Shown piece by piece: positions 38,555 to 48,929 of a stretch of DNA of 64,000 nucleotides. The stretch covers positions 704,001 through 768,000 of the forward strand of contig CAWHTE010000011.1 in assembly GCA_963832165.1 (NCBI GenBank). Reading direction: 5' to 3'. Under the pieces are notes generated by a model, which had not been told where the DNA came from, did not search any database, and saw only the letters and a program-made list of their open reading frames with translations. Position 1 is the first letter of the stretch; every line of letters starts with the position of its first letter. The position numbers were made by a program, and so were the translations under genes. This DNA is from an uncultured delta proteobacterium (lineage in GTDB: Bacteria > Myxococcota_A > UBA9160 > SMWR01).

Positions 38555-38977
38555 ATGACATTCCAGCCGATCGACCGCGACATCCGAGCGGACGTCGCCG
38601 AGCTGCTCGTGCGCTACGCGACGGCCATCGATCAGCGCGACTGGGCGCTCTTCCGCACCTGCTTCACGGTGGATTGTCACGCCGACTACGGCGCGATCGG
38701 CGTGTGGGAAGGCGTCGATACCATCACGGAGTTCATGACCAGGGCCGCTTCGCTGGGCCACACGCTCCATCGGATCAGCAACCAGGCGGTCGCACAGAAC
38801 GGCGCGGGCGTCACGTCGCGGGCCTACGTCGATCTCGTCGCTATGGCTCCCGACGGCCAGCGCGGCATTCACGCGGTCGGCTTCTACGACGACGAGCTCG
38901 TGCACACCGACGAGGGGTGGAAGATCGCGCGGCGCCGCTTCACGCAGGTCCGCCTGTCCACGATCGGCGCGAGCTGA
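38555..38977 (+). CDS. SnoaL/NTF2-like protein
   Basis: LLVRYATAIDQRDW, TLHRISN, GFYDDELV...GWKIARR. Confidence 0.88.
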   Translation: MTFQPIDRDIRADVAELLVRYATAIDQRDWALFRTCFTVDCHADYGAIGVWEGVDTITEFMTRAASLGHTLHRISNQAVAQNGAGVTSRAYVDLVAMAPDGQRGIHAVGFYDDELVHTDEGWKIARRRFTQVRLSTIGAS

Positions 38978-39045
38978 AGCGGATCGGCTGGGGCTTGACG
39001 TCCGGCCCCGTTATCGGCGATACCTGTCTGGGGGGAGGCCGGGAC

Positions 39046-40191
39046 ATGGGCCATCTCCGACGATCTGCTCTCGAGCGGCTTCTGAATTGCGCGGCGGGGA
39101 TTCTCTTCGCCGTTGCCGCCGTATTGCCGGACGTGGCGAGCGCCCAGAAGAGCCCTGCGGCGTCCACCCAGAGCTATGTGCTCGTCGCGGGCAGCACCTT
39201 CCAGCGCGGGTGCTTCGAGCCCTGCATGTGTCCGATCAGCCAGGAGCAGCCGCTGGTCGGCACGTTCTCGCTCTCGTTCCGCTCCGACAACGGCCTGTTC
39301 GCCGAGTACGACCTGCACGACGTGCGCTGGAAGGTGGAGGGTGGCGTGTACGCGACGCCGCCCGACGCCGCGATCACGGGCGCTGGCTCCTACACGATCG
39401 GCGGCGAAGTCGCGCTCCAGCAGCGGATGCAGGCGGAGTTGAAGGTGGGCGACGAGGCGTCGGCGCCGTTCGACAGCGGGCTCGTCGCGGGCGGTGCCGG
39501 GTTCCCGGACCAGATCGACATCGAGATCTCGAAGAACGGCAAATACTGCTTCGACACGGTGCTGCACGTGGTAGCGAAGGCGCAGCCCGTGAAGGTGTGC
39601 GGCGGCATCGCGGGCATTCCCTGCGACGCGGGCGAGTTCTGCAAGACCCAGGTCGGCGAGTGCTGCTGCGACTTCCAGGGCATCTGCACGTCGATCCCCG
39701 ACGCGTGCATCGCGCAGTGGGATCCCGTGTGCGGGTGCGACGGCCTCACGTACGGGAACGAGTGCGAGGCCGACCGCGCGGGCGTCTCGATCGACCACCG
39801 CGGTGCTTGCGGAGGAGACGCGGACGGCGACGGCCTTCCCGATCAGAGCGACAACTGCCCGCACCGCGCGAATGCGGGCCAGGCGGACTCCGGTGGCATC
39901 GGCACCAACACCCCCGACGGGATCGGCAACGCGTGTCAATGCGGAGACGTGACGGGCGACGGCCGCGTGGTCACCCAGGACGCGCATGTGGTGAAGCGAT
40001 TCGGCCTCGGCGACGTGAGCCCGCTCTTCACGGAGCCCGGCAACTGCGACGTCACGGGCAACGGCTCGTGCAACGGTCAGGACGCCAAGATGATCCAGCG
40101 GGCCGTGCAGGGGGCCTCGAGCGTGGTCCCCGCGCAGAAGTGCCAGAACGCGAATCCCGCCGCACCGGTGTGCCTGAACTGCACTCCGTAG
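39046..40191 (+). CDS. Secreted Cys-rich protein with Kazal, TSP3-like and dockerin-like modules
   Basis: Signal peptide; WDPVCGCDGLTYGNEC; DADGDGLPDQSDNCP; CGDVTGDG / CDVTGNG. Confidence 0.8.
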   Translation: MGHLRRSALERLLNCAAGILFAVAAVLPDVASAQKSPAASTQSYVLVAGSTFQRGCFEPCMCPISQEQPLVGTFSLSFRSDNGLFAEYDLHDVRWKVEGGVYATPPDAAITGAGSYTIGGEVALQQRMQAELKVGDEASAPFDSGLVAGGAGFPDQIDIEISKNGKYCFDTVLHVVAKAQPVKVCGGIAGIPCDAGEFCKTQVGECCCDFQGICTSIPDACIAQWDPVCGCDGLTYGNECEADRAGVSIDHRGACGGDADGDGLPDQSDNCPHRANAGQADSGGIGTNTPDGIGNACQCGDVTGDGRVVTQDAHVVKRFGLGDVSPLFTEPGNCDVTGNGSCNGQDAKMIQRAVQGASSVVPAQKCQNANPAAPVCLNCTP

Positions 40192-40253
40192 CCGCGCGCC
40201 CCCCTGTCGAAATCGCGCCAGCTCGCCCGTCATCACGAGCAGGAGGAGCGCTC

Positions 40254-40730
40254 ATGAACACCAGGATCACCCGCTTTCTCTGGTTCGATCACGAGGCGGA
40301 GCAGGCCGCCAAGTTCTACACGTCGATCTTCGCGAACTCGAAGATCGAGAAGGTCGTGCGCAACAGCGAAGCGGCTCCGGGGCCGACGGGCGGCGTGATG
40401 ACCGTGCAGTTCTCGCTCGACGGTCAGGATCTCACGGCCCTGAACGGCGGCCCGCACTTCAAGTTCAACGAGGCGATCTCGTTCGTCGTGCACTGCGAGA
40501 CGCAGAAAGAGGTGGACTACTACTGGGACAAGCTGCTCGCGGGCGGTACGCCGTCGCAGTGCGGCTGGCTCAAGGACCAGTTCGGGCTGTCGTGGCAGAT
40601 CGTGCCCACGATCCTCCCCGAGCTGCTCGGAAGCAAGGACGCGGGCAAGGCGCAGCGCGTGACTCAGGCGATGATGAAGATGGTCAAGCTCGACATCGAG
40701 GGGCTCACGAAGGCGGCCGAGCAGGCGTAA
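40254..40730 (+). CDS. VOC/PhnB-like (3-demethylubiquinone-9 3-methyltransferase family) protein
   Basis: FLWFD..AEQAAKFY, LNGGPHFKFNEAISF, CGWLKDQFGLSWQIVP. Confidence 0.93.
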   Translation: MNTRITRFLWFDHEAEQAAKFYTSIFANSKIEKVVRNSEAAPGPTGGVMTVQFSLDGQDLTALNGGPHFKFNEAISFVVHCETQKEVDYYWDKLLAGGTPSQCGWLKDQFGLSWQIVPTILPELLGSKDAGKAQRVTQAMMKMVKLDIEGLTKAAEQA

Positions 40731-43510
40731 CCGAGCGCGCGCAGCGCCGCGCGTACAAGAGCGCGAGACCCGCGGCACCAGCGATCGCGCACCAGCCGAC
40801 CCCCGGCTCGGGCAGTGTCTGGGTCGGGCGCGCGTCGAGCTGGTAGCCCGGCGCGTGCCCGATCACGTCCATCATCGGCACGAACTCGTCGTAATCCGGG
40901 GTGAGCCGGGGCGAGCGCCAGGTCTTCTGTGCGATCACGCGCAGGAATGTGCGGATCCCGAGAGCGACGTCCCCCTCCGGCTCCGTGTTCCACACGTTGA
41001 CCTTCGCTCCGAGGTTGCGTGTCTCGTCCGGAGAGATCTCCTCGGGTGGATCTTGAACGGCCTGGCCGTCGACGGCGGGGCTGAAGAACGCCCCGGCGAA
41101 CTCGTGGACGTCCCAGATCTCGTAGGCGCGCTCCATATCCGGCAATTGAACCGAGGTGTAGTAGGTGGGGAACCAGCCCGAGTTCTCGATCGTGTGCCCG
41201 CGCGCCAGCAGCTCATTCGGTCCGATTGCAACCGTATTCGAGAGCGTGGTGAGGTTGCTCCACCACTCGACGATGATGTCGGGATCGACGGTCACGACGG
41301 CCGCGCCGCAATTCAGCTCGTCGTGCCACATGCGCGTGACCTTGCCGTGCTCTTTCACGATCGCGTTGGCCCAGTTCGCGAAGCCCAGTACCGCGTCGCA
41401 GGCGGTGGCGCCGGGGCCGTAGAGCGCTTGTGCGTGCTGCTGGAGCTGCGGGTGGAGCAGCAGCTCCGCGTCCAGCATGTACTCGTCGACGCCGATGTGC
41501 CAGTAGGGCGCGGGGAAGAGCGGAATCAGCTCGTCCATCAGCTCGCGCGCGAACTGCAGCGCCGCGGGATTGCTGATGTCGAGCCGGCTCGCGTTGGGCT
41601 GCCCCGCGGCGTTCTGGAGCTGGAGCTCCGGATGCGCGGCGAGCGCGCCGGAGAGATGTCCCGGCATGTCGAGCTCGGGGACCACCATCACGTGATAGCG
41701 GCCCGCGAGCGCGATCAGATCGCGCACCTGCTGCTTCGTGAGGTGCTGTTCGGCGACGATCTCCGGATGCGTCTCGCTCTCGATCCGAAAGCCGCCGTCG
41801 TCGCTGAAGTGCAGGTGGAAGTAGTTCATCTTGAGATAGGCGAGCTCTTTGATGTGCTGCTCGATCCATTCGGGCGTGAAGTACACGCGCCCCGCGTCGA
41901 TCATGAGGCCGCGCTCCGGATAGCGCGGCCAGTCGAGCGCTTCTCCAGCGGGGACCGGGAAGCCCTGGTAGCGATTCTGGTGCAGCAGCTGCAGGAGCGT
42001 GCGCGTGCCGTGGAACGCGCCCGCGCTCGCGATCGCGGTGATCTGGACGGTGTCGCCGATCCGCAGGCGATAACCCTCGCCGCCGAGCCGGGAGTCGCTC
42101 TCGCCGAGGTCGAGCGTGATGTCGCCGTCGCCGGGGAGCGCGGCGGCGCCGAGCACCGCGACCGGCCAGCCGAACAGCGCTTCGAGGTCTTCCGCGAGCA
42201 CCTCGGCGTCGGAAAGCAGTGACTCGTCGAGTGCGATGATCCGCGAGTCGCTCGTGAGCGAGAACGATCCCGCGGCGGGTGTCCACAGGCGCATCGCGGG
42301 AATCGTGAGCGGCCGCGCCGACAGCGGGCTCACCGGGTCGCCCGTCAGCGGCAGCGCGTGCATGTTTCCGCAGCCATCCGGATACTCGTTGGGCCCATCC
42401 GGCGCGCCCGGCGGCGCCGTGACGATCCGCGCCAGCAGGGCGGCCGCGGTGTCGAGCGCCTCGAAGGTGTCGCGCTGCAGCCGATCGTAGACACTCTCTT
42501 GTGTCATCCCGGCGAGCTCCACCCCGTCGAGCGGCTGCTGCCCGGCCTCGACGATCGCGCGCACGCCCTCGGCTCCCCACCGCTGCACCGTGCCGCCGAG
42601 CTCGAAGATCGGAATCGCCGTGGCGCCCATGCCCGCGAGCATGCGCACGTCCGCGACGAGATCCGCGAGCGCGAGATACGGGGGGCCCTGGGTGGTATCG
42701 CCGAGGCTCACCTGTCCGGCCGCGCCGAATTCGCGCTGCATGTCCCGGAAGAACTCGGCGACATAGCCGGGGCCTGGAGCGCTGTAGGTGCGGTAGGCCT
42801 GGAGGTAGAGCGCGTCGTAGCCGAACGGCGGAAACGCGACGCCGTCGAGCGCGTCCTGCAATGCCGTGTAGCCGTCCTCGAGATCGTCGAGGAAGAACGG
42901 AGCCGGCGACCGCTGATGCGGATCCCGTGCGCGTGCGCCCATGAGATCGTGTCGCGATACGCGGCCATCGCCTGGCACTGATGGACGGGATCGATGTTCG
43001 GGCGCAGCAGGTTCTCGAGCGCGGCGGGATCACCCTGCAGCGCTTCGAAGACCGCCTGGTTTCCGACCGGAAACTCGAGGTCGAGCGTCACCTCGCGGAT
43101 CTCGAGGCCGCGCTCGGCAGCCCACACCGGCAGCGCTTCGACCGCCTCGCGCATGAGTGCGGCGTTGTTCTCGTGCCGAAGATCCCTCCCTCGATCGAGG
43201 CCACGACCCACGCGTTCACGGGAATCCCGCGTTGGTTCGCCTCGCGGATCACGTCGACCGCGAGCGCGGAAGACACGCCGCTGCCCGGCGGGCCGAACGC
43301 CGTCATGTAGTCGAGGCGCAGGTAGACCGCGCCGCCGGCGGAGGCCAGCGCATCGAAGACCTCGGGCGTGAACGAGGCCGCGTCCAGATGCGCCCAGAAC
43401 CCGACCTCGGCGCCGGTGGGGGAGGGGGCTGACGGCGGCGCCGACGTGCTGCCGATCAGCACGCAGCTCGCGATCAGGGCCAACAACGTCCCGCCGCGCG
43501 AAGCGCGCAT
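40705..43510 (-). CDS. GH20 beta-N-acetylhexosaminidase with unknown N-terminal domain and PEP-CTERM-like tail; two frameshifts (about 43175 and 42910)
   Basis: DWPRYPERGLMIDAGR, FHLHFSD, PELDMPGH, HIGVDE; LPEP-TM-RR tail; three ORF pieces join with one missing base each. Confidence 0.8.
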
Positions 43511-43570
43511 CCGCCGACTCCTTCGCCACTCGTTGCGCGGCCATTCTCCCAGAGTCGCGTGCGAAAGGTC

Positions 43571-43607
43571 TTGACAGGAATGGCCAATCCATTGCGAAAT
43601 CTCGCCA
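43571..43607. promoter_or_regulatory. Tandem AraC-type binding sites (21-bp period)
   Basis: TTGACAGGAATGGCCA and TTGCGAAATCTCGCCA between divergent GH20 and AraC genes. Confidence 0.5.
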
Positions 43608-43622
43608 CGGGAGGGCCGCTCC

Positions 43623-44600
43623 ATCGCCACCGCTCACCAGGCTGACGTTTCAGCCGACTACGCTAGTTCGCTCTTCGAATATCTGAGCACGCACGGGTTG
43701 CCGCAGATCCCCGAGAGCGACGCCGCGATCCCGGTGGACCGCTGGCTCGGGCTGCTCGAGCAGGCGATCGCCGCGTCCGGCGACCCCGATCTGCCGCTCA
43801 AGATCGGAGAGAGCTTCCGGGTCAAGCATCTCGGCTTGTTCGGGTACGTGATGATGACCTGCAACACGCTCCGGGAAGTGGTGGCGCAGAACCGGCGATA
43901 CGTGCGCTTGATCGGCGGTATCGGTGGCTCTCGTCTCGTCGAGTGCGGGGCGACCGCGGAGCTGCACTGCGAGTGGGCGGAGAGCTCTCCGTCGCCGGCG
44001 ATCGAGGCGATCTTTCTGGCCGCCACCGCGAACCTCTCCCGCTGGCTGTCCGAGCGGCACGATCTGCGCTGGGACGCCTGCTTTCGTTATGAGCGCCCGG
44101 GCGACCTCCACCAATACGAGCGGATCTTCGGCGGAGCGATCCACTTTGCCGAGCCCGTCACGAAGCTCGTATTCCCGGCGTGGTACCTCGATCTGCGGGT
44201 GGCGATGGCCAACCCGGAACTCCACTCGCTCGTCGTGGCCCAGGCCGAAGAGCGGCTCGGGCAGCACCCGGCCGAGCCCGGATTTCTATCGGGCGTGAAG
44301 ACGGCGATCGCGCGCGACCTCGCCACGTGCCGCGTGTCGCTCGCGGGCGTCGCCGCTGCGCTGCGAGTGTCCCCGCGCACGCTGCACCGCAGGCTCGAGG
44401 AATACGAGTGCTCGTTCCGCGACGTGGTCCACGAGGTGCGGCGCGCGCGCGCGGAGGCGTATCTGCAAAGCCCCGCGATCTCGCTCGCGGAGGTCGCGTT
44501 CCTGCTCGGCTACAGCGAGCAGAGCACGTTCCAACACGCCTTCAAGCGCTGGACGGGCGAGACGCCCGGCGAATTCCGCGCGCGCCACCCGCTCCGCTGA
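43623..44600 (+). CDS. AraC-family transcriptional regulator
   Basis: SPRTLHRRL, LAEVAFLLGYSEQSTFQHAFKRWTG; frame open from ATC 43623 after RBS GGGAGG (first standard start TTG 43698). Confidence 0.92.
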   Translation: MATAHQADVSADYASSLFEYLSTHGLPQIPESDAAIPVDRWLGLLEQAIAASGDPDLPLKIGESFRVKHLGLFGYVMMTCNTLREVVAQNRRYVRLIGGIGGSRLVECGATAELHCEWAESSPSPAIEAIFLAATANLSRWLSERHDLRWDACFRYERPGDLHQYERIFGGAIHFAEPVTKLVFPAWYLDLRVAMANPELHSLVVAQAEERLGQHPAEPGFLSGVKTAIARDLATCRVSLAGVAAALRVSPRTLHRRLEEYECSFRDVVHEVRRARAEAYLQSPAISLAEVAFLLGYSEQSTFQHAFKRWTGETPGEFRARHPLR

Positions 44601-44604
44601 AGCT

Positions 44605-45877
44605 GTGAATTCCACTGGCGCGCTCGCGCGCTCGCCGCGCTACCCGCACTACGTGCTCGCCGTGCTCGTCGCGGTGAACATGTTCAACTTCATCGACCGC
44701 CAGATCGTCGCGGTGCTGCTGCAGCAGATCAAAGAGGAGTTCGGCGCATCCGACGCGGCGCTCGGGCTGCTCACGGGTCTCGCGTTCGTGCTCGTGCATT
44801 CGCTGGTCGGCGTTCCGATCGCGCGCCTGGCCGACCGCGGCTCGCGGGTCACCGTGATCGCGGTAGGCGTCGCGGTCTGGAGCGCGATGACCGCGCTCTC
44901 GGGCGGCTCGCGCAGCTTCGTGCAGCTCGCGCTGTTGCGCGTGGGCGTCGGGATCGGGCGAGGCGGCCGGAACGCCGCCTTCGCACTCGCTGATCTCCGA
45001 CTACTTCCCGCCCGAGCGGCGCGCGCGCGCCCTGTCGATCCAGGCGATCGGACTCTACGGCGGGATCATGTTCGGCTACCTGGTCGCGGGCTGGCTCGGC
45101 CAGACGCTCGGCTGGCGCGCGACGATGGTTGCGGTCGGTCTGCCGGGCCTCGCGCTCGCAGTCCTCGTGTGGCGCACGGTCGACGAGCCGCCGCGCGAGA
45201 CGGCGGACCCGGTGCTGCCCGTGCGCGAGGTCGCCGCCTACCTGCTCGCGCGCCGTGCCTACGTGGCGCTGCTCGCGGCGGCTTCGCTGCACGCGTGCGC
45301 GGGCTACGCGATTGCCCATTGGTCGCCGACCTTTCTCGTGCGCGTCCACGGGCTCTCGTATGCCGAGGTCGGCGTGGCGCTCGGCCTGCTCACGGGCGCA
45401 GTCGGTGCGGCGGGCGCGCTCACGGGCGGTTGGCTCGCCGACCGCCTCGGCTCGCGCGATCGGCGCTGGTACACCTGGATCGCGGCGATCGCCGCATGGG
45501 CGGGCATTCCATTTGCGGTGTGGTTCCTGTGCGCGGGCTCGACCGCGGTCGCGCTGGCCGGCTTCGCGCCGCAGATCTTCACGGCCGGGCTCTACACGGG
45601 CCCGCTCTACGCGATGAACCAGGGGCTCGCGAAGCCGCGCATGCGCGCGACCGCGGTGGCCCTGCACCTGCTCGTGGTGGGCATCGTCGGGGGCGGGATC
45701 TCGCCGTGGATCGTGGGCGAACTCTCGGATGCCTTCGCGGCCGAGCAGGGCGCCGCCGGGCTGCGCAGCGCGCTCTTGATCGTGGTGTGCACGGCCTCCG
45801 CACTCGCGGGGGTGTTCTATCTCGTCGCGAGCCGCTGGCTCCGCGCGGATTTGTCTTCCGCGGAAGAGATCTCGTGA
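44605..45877 (+). CDS. Spinster-like MFS transporter, frameshifted near 44957
   Basis: FNFIDRQI...RVGVGIG then EAAGTPPSHSLISDYFP in the next frame (one extra G in ATCGGGCGAG). Confidence 0.85.
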
Positions 45878-45892
45878 TAGCATGCGGTGGCG

Positions 45893-47695
45893 ATGAGCTA
45901 CGACCTCGTGATTCGCGGGGGCATCGTCGTCGACGGCACGGGACTCGCGCGCCGGCGCGCCGACGTCGCGATCGAACGCGGCCGGATCGCCGCGGTCGGC
46001 CACGTACCGGGCGCCGCGCGCGCCGCGCGCGTGATCGATGCCGACGGGCGGATCGTCGCGCCGGGCATCATCGATCTGCACACGCACTACGACCCGCAGA
46101 TCACGTTCGATCCCTACGCCACCTCGTCGTGCCATCACGGCGTCACCACGGTGCTCGCGGGCAACTGCGGGTTCTCGATCGCGCCCGCGCGCAAAGAGGA
46201 TCGCGCTTATCTGCGCGCGCTGTTCGCGGTGGTCGAGGGCATGGCGCCGGCCGCGCTCGAGGGCGTGGCGTTCGAGTTCGAGACGTTCGCCGAGTACCTC
46301 GCCACGCGCACGGGCAGGCTCGGCGTGAACCTCGCGTGCTACCTCGGCCACTCGACGTTGCGCCGCTCCGTGATGGGCGCCGATGCGTCGCGGCGCGAAG
46401 CGACGACCGACGAGATCCAGGAGATGCGCAGTGCGCTGCGCGACGCGATGGCTGCGGGCGCGGCGGGCTTCTCGTCGTCGCACTCGCCGACGCAGATCGA
46501 CGGCGACGGGCGCCCGGTGCCGAGCCGCTTCGCGTCGCACGCCGAGCTCGTCGCGCTCGTCGAAGAGACGGGCCACTGCGGCGGCGGCAGCATCTCGTAC
46601 CTGCCCAAGAGCGTCGTCGGCGGGCTCGATTCTGCCGACGAGGAGCTCCTGATCGAGCTCGGCGTCCGGAGCCGGCTCCCGATCGTGATCCAGGGACTCG
46701 GCGGGCGCGACAAGGTCGACGTGCCCGGCGCGGGATGGGAGCGCGCGAAGGAATTCCTCGACGAGGCAGCGCGACGCGGCGCCGCGATCTTCTCGCTGCT
46801 GCGCAACCACCCGTTCGATCGCCCGATCGACCTCGCAGCGGGGTCGCCGCTCTACGCAGGCGTGCCCGCGTGGCACGCGTTCATGGCGCTCTCGCGGGAG
46901 GAGAAGCTCGCGCGGCTGCGCGACCCGGACTACCGCGCGCAGCTGCGCCACGCGGTCGAGCATCCGAACCGCGATCCGGACGCCGGGTCGACGCTGCCGC
47001 CGCCGCGCTGGGAGGTCGTGTTCGTCGACGAGGTCGCGGATCCGAGCCACGCGCACTACCTGAAGCGCACGATCGCCGAGATCGCGTCCGAGCAGCGCGT
47101 CGCGCCCGCGGACGCGATGCTCGACCTCGCGCTCGGGGAACTGCTCGCCACGCGCTTCCGCTTCGAGAACCGCACGCCCGCGTGGGAGCAGGCCGTGCGC
47201 GAGAGCATGAAGCACCCGTCGATCCTGATCGGTGTCTCGGACGGCGGCGCGCATCTCGATCGCGACGACGGCGCGGAGTGGTCGAGCCACTTTCTGCGCT
47301 TCTGGGTGCACGAGCGCGGCGAGTGGACGCTCGAGGAGGGGATCCGCCAGCTCACGCAGGTGCCCGCGGCGCTTGCAGGCTTCGCCGATCGCGGGGCGCT
47401 CCTGCCGGGCTTCGCGGCCGACCTGTTCGTGTTCGATGCCGCGGCGATCGGCCCGGGCACGAAGCGCCGCGTCGACGACTTGCCGGGCGGTGCGCGCTTC
47501 TTCGCGCAGCCGAAGGGCATCGCGGCCACGATCGTGAACGGCGAGCCGATCGTCGTCGACGGCAAGCTCACGGGTGCGCTGCCGGGGCAGGTGGTGCGGC
47601 CGAGTGGAAGTTTCGCGCAGCGAGCCGAAGGCGAGCGAAGGCCATCGGGTGGGCGCGCGCGGGAGGATGAATGGGGCGATTCGGGCACTTCGTGA
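45893..47695 (+). CDS. N-acyl-D-amino-acid deacylase family amidohydrolase
   Basis: PGIIDLHTHYD, HGVTTVLAGNCG, SDGGAH; paralog of 26372-28111. Confidence 0.92.
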   Translation: MSYDLVIRGGIVVDGTGLARRRADVAIERGRIAAVGHVPGAARAARVIDADGRIVAPGIIDLHTHYDPQITFDPYATSSCHHGVTTVLAGNCGFSIAPARKEDRAYLRALFAVVEGMAPAALEGVAFEFETFAEYLATRTGRLGVNLACYLGHSTLRRSVMGADASRREATTDEIQEMRSALRDAMAAGAAGFSSSHSPTQIDGDGRPVPSRFASHAELVALVEETGHCGGGSISYLPKSVVGGLDSADEELLIELGVRSRLPIVIQGLGGRDKVDVPGAGWERAKEFLDEAARRGAAIFSLLRNHPFDRPIDLAAGSPLYAGVPAWHAFMALSREEKLARLRDPDYRAQLRHAVEHPNRDPDAGSTLPPPRWEVVFVDEVADPSHAHYLKRTIAEIASEQRVAPADAMLDLALGELLATRFRFENRTPAWEQAVRESMKHPSILIGVSDGGAHLDRDDGAEWSSHFLRFWVHERGEWTLEEGIRQLTQVPAALAGFADRGALLPGFAADLFVFDAAAIGPGTKRRVDDLPGGARFFAQPKGIAATIVNGEPIVVDGKLTGALPGQVVRPSGSFAQRAEGERRPSGGRAREDEWGDSGTS

Positions 47696-48786
47696 TCGAC
47701 GCGGACGGACACGGCGGCGAGCCGCTGGGCTGGCGCCGCCGGATCGAGACGCGCCATCGCGCGGCGATGCGCGACTACATCGCGATGCTGAAGGCGCACT
47801 ACACGGGCCTTCCGGGCGGTGGCATGAAGGTCGACGGGTCGGCTGCGGTGCCGGGTGACGACGAGCTCGAGCTCGGCGCGCCGCTGCGCGCCGGCATGTA
47901 CGACCCCGCGCACCGCCTCGCGGACATGGATCTCGAAGGGATCGACGTCGCCGTGTTGTACCCGCCGGGCTCCGGTGAGGAGTGGGCGATGGACGACGCG
48001 GACTTCGCGGGCGCGCTCTGCCGCACGCTCAACGACGCGCGCGCCGAGTTTGCGAGCCACGCGCCCGAGCGCCTCAAGCTCGTCGCGAAGCTCCCGATGA
48101 TCGAGCCGAAGCTCGCGGCCGAGGAGCTCGAGCGCTGCGTGGTCGAGCACGGTTTCGTCGGACTCGTCACCGCCACCCACATCCGCGACCGGAACCTCGA
48201 CCACCCGGCCTTCGACGTCGTGTGGGCCACCGCGCAACGCCTCGGCGTCGCCGTGTGCGCGCACGGCGGCGGCCAGGCGCCCGGTCAGACGCCGTTCGCG
48301 ATCGAGCGCTTCGACACGCGGCTCGGGGTCCACGCGATCACGCACCCGATCGGCGCGATGCACGCGGTCTACGCGTTCACCGTGGGCGGCATCCTGCACC
48401 GCTTCCCGGAGCTGCGCGTCGGCTTCATGGAGGCGGGCGTCGGGTGGCTGCCGTTCTGGCTCGATCGGCTCGACGAGCACTGGGAGCTCATGCCCGAGCA
48501 GGCGCCGCAGATCGACCGGCTGCCCTCGCATTATTTCCGGGGCCGCTGCTTCCTGACCGCGGAGCCCGGCGATCGCACGCTTCCCTGGGTCGTGCAGGTC
48601 CAGGGGCCCGACGCGATCTGTTATGCGTCGGACTACTACCACTGGGACAGCGTGTTCCCGGACTCGGTGAAGATCCTCGCGGAGCGCGCCGACCTCGATC
48701 CGCACGCGCGCACGGGCCTGTTCGCCGCGAACGCGGCGCGGCTCTACGCGCTGCCGCTCCCCGATCCAAACGGGGCAGGCGAGTAG
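47671..48786 (+). CDS. Amidohydrolase family 2 protein
   Basis: IDADGH, MDLEGIDVAVLYP, MEAGVGW, ASDYYHWD. Confidence 0.9.
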   Translation: MGRFGHFVIDADGHGGEPLGWRRRIETRHRAAMRDYIAMLKAHYTGLPGGGMKVDGSAAVPGDDELELGAPLRAGMYDPAHRLADMDLEGIDVAVLYPPGSGEEWAMDDADFAGALCRTLNDARAEFASHAPERLKLVAKLPMIEPKLAAEELERCVVEHGFVGLVTATHIRDRNLDHPAFDVVWATAQRLGVAVCAHGGGQAPGQTPFAIERFDTRLGVHAITHPIGAMHAVYAFTVGGILHRFPELRVGFMEAGVGWLPFWLDRLDEHWELMPEQAPQIDRLPSHYFRGRCFLTAEPGDRTLPWVVQVQGPDAICYASDYYHWDSVFPDSVKILAERADLDPHARTGLFAANAARLYALPLPDPNGAGE

Positions 48787-48929
48787 TTCGTCAGACGAAC
48801 TATAATCACCCGCGGGATCCGCGCGATCTGGGCGCATTAGGGGTTGGGGGACTGGCGCCGGTCCATGCGATCATAGGGGCCGGCGAGTCCGCGGCGGGGG
48901 CAGCGCGGCACATCCGGGAGGTGTGTCCC

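Noticed and set aside
44605..47670. 1021-aa MFS fusion ORF (likewise the 1091-aa, 862-aa and 712-aa ORFs)
   Set aside because: Artefacts of frameshifts or upstream run-on in shadow frames; real genes are listed separately
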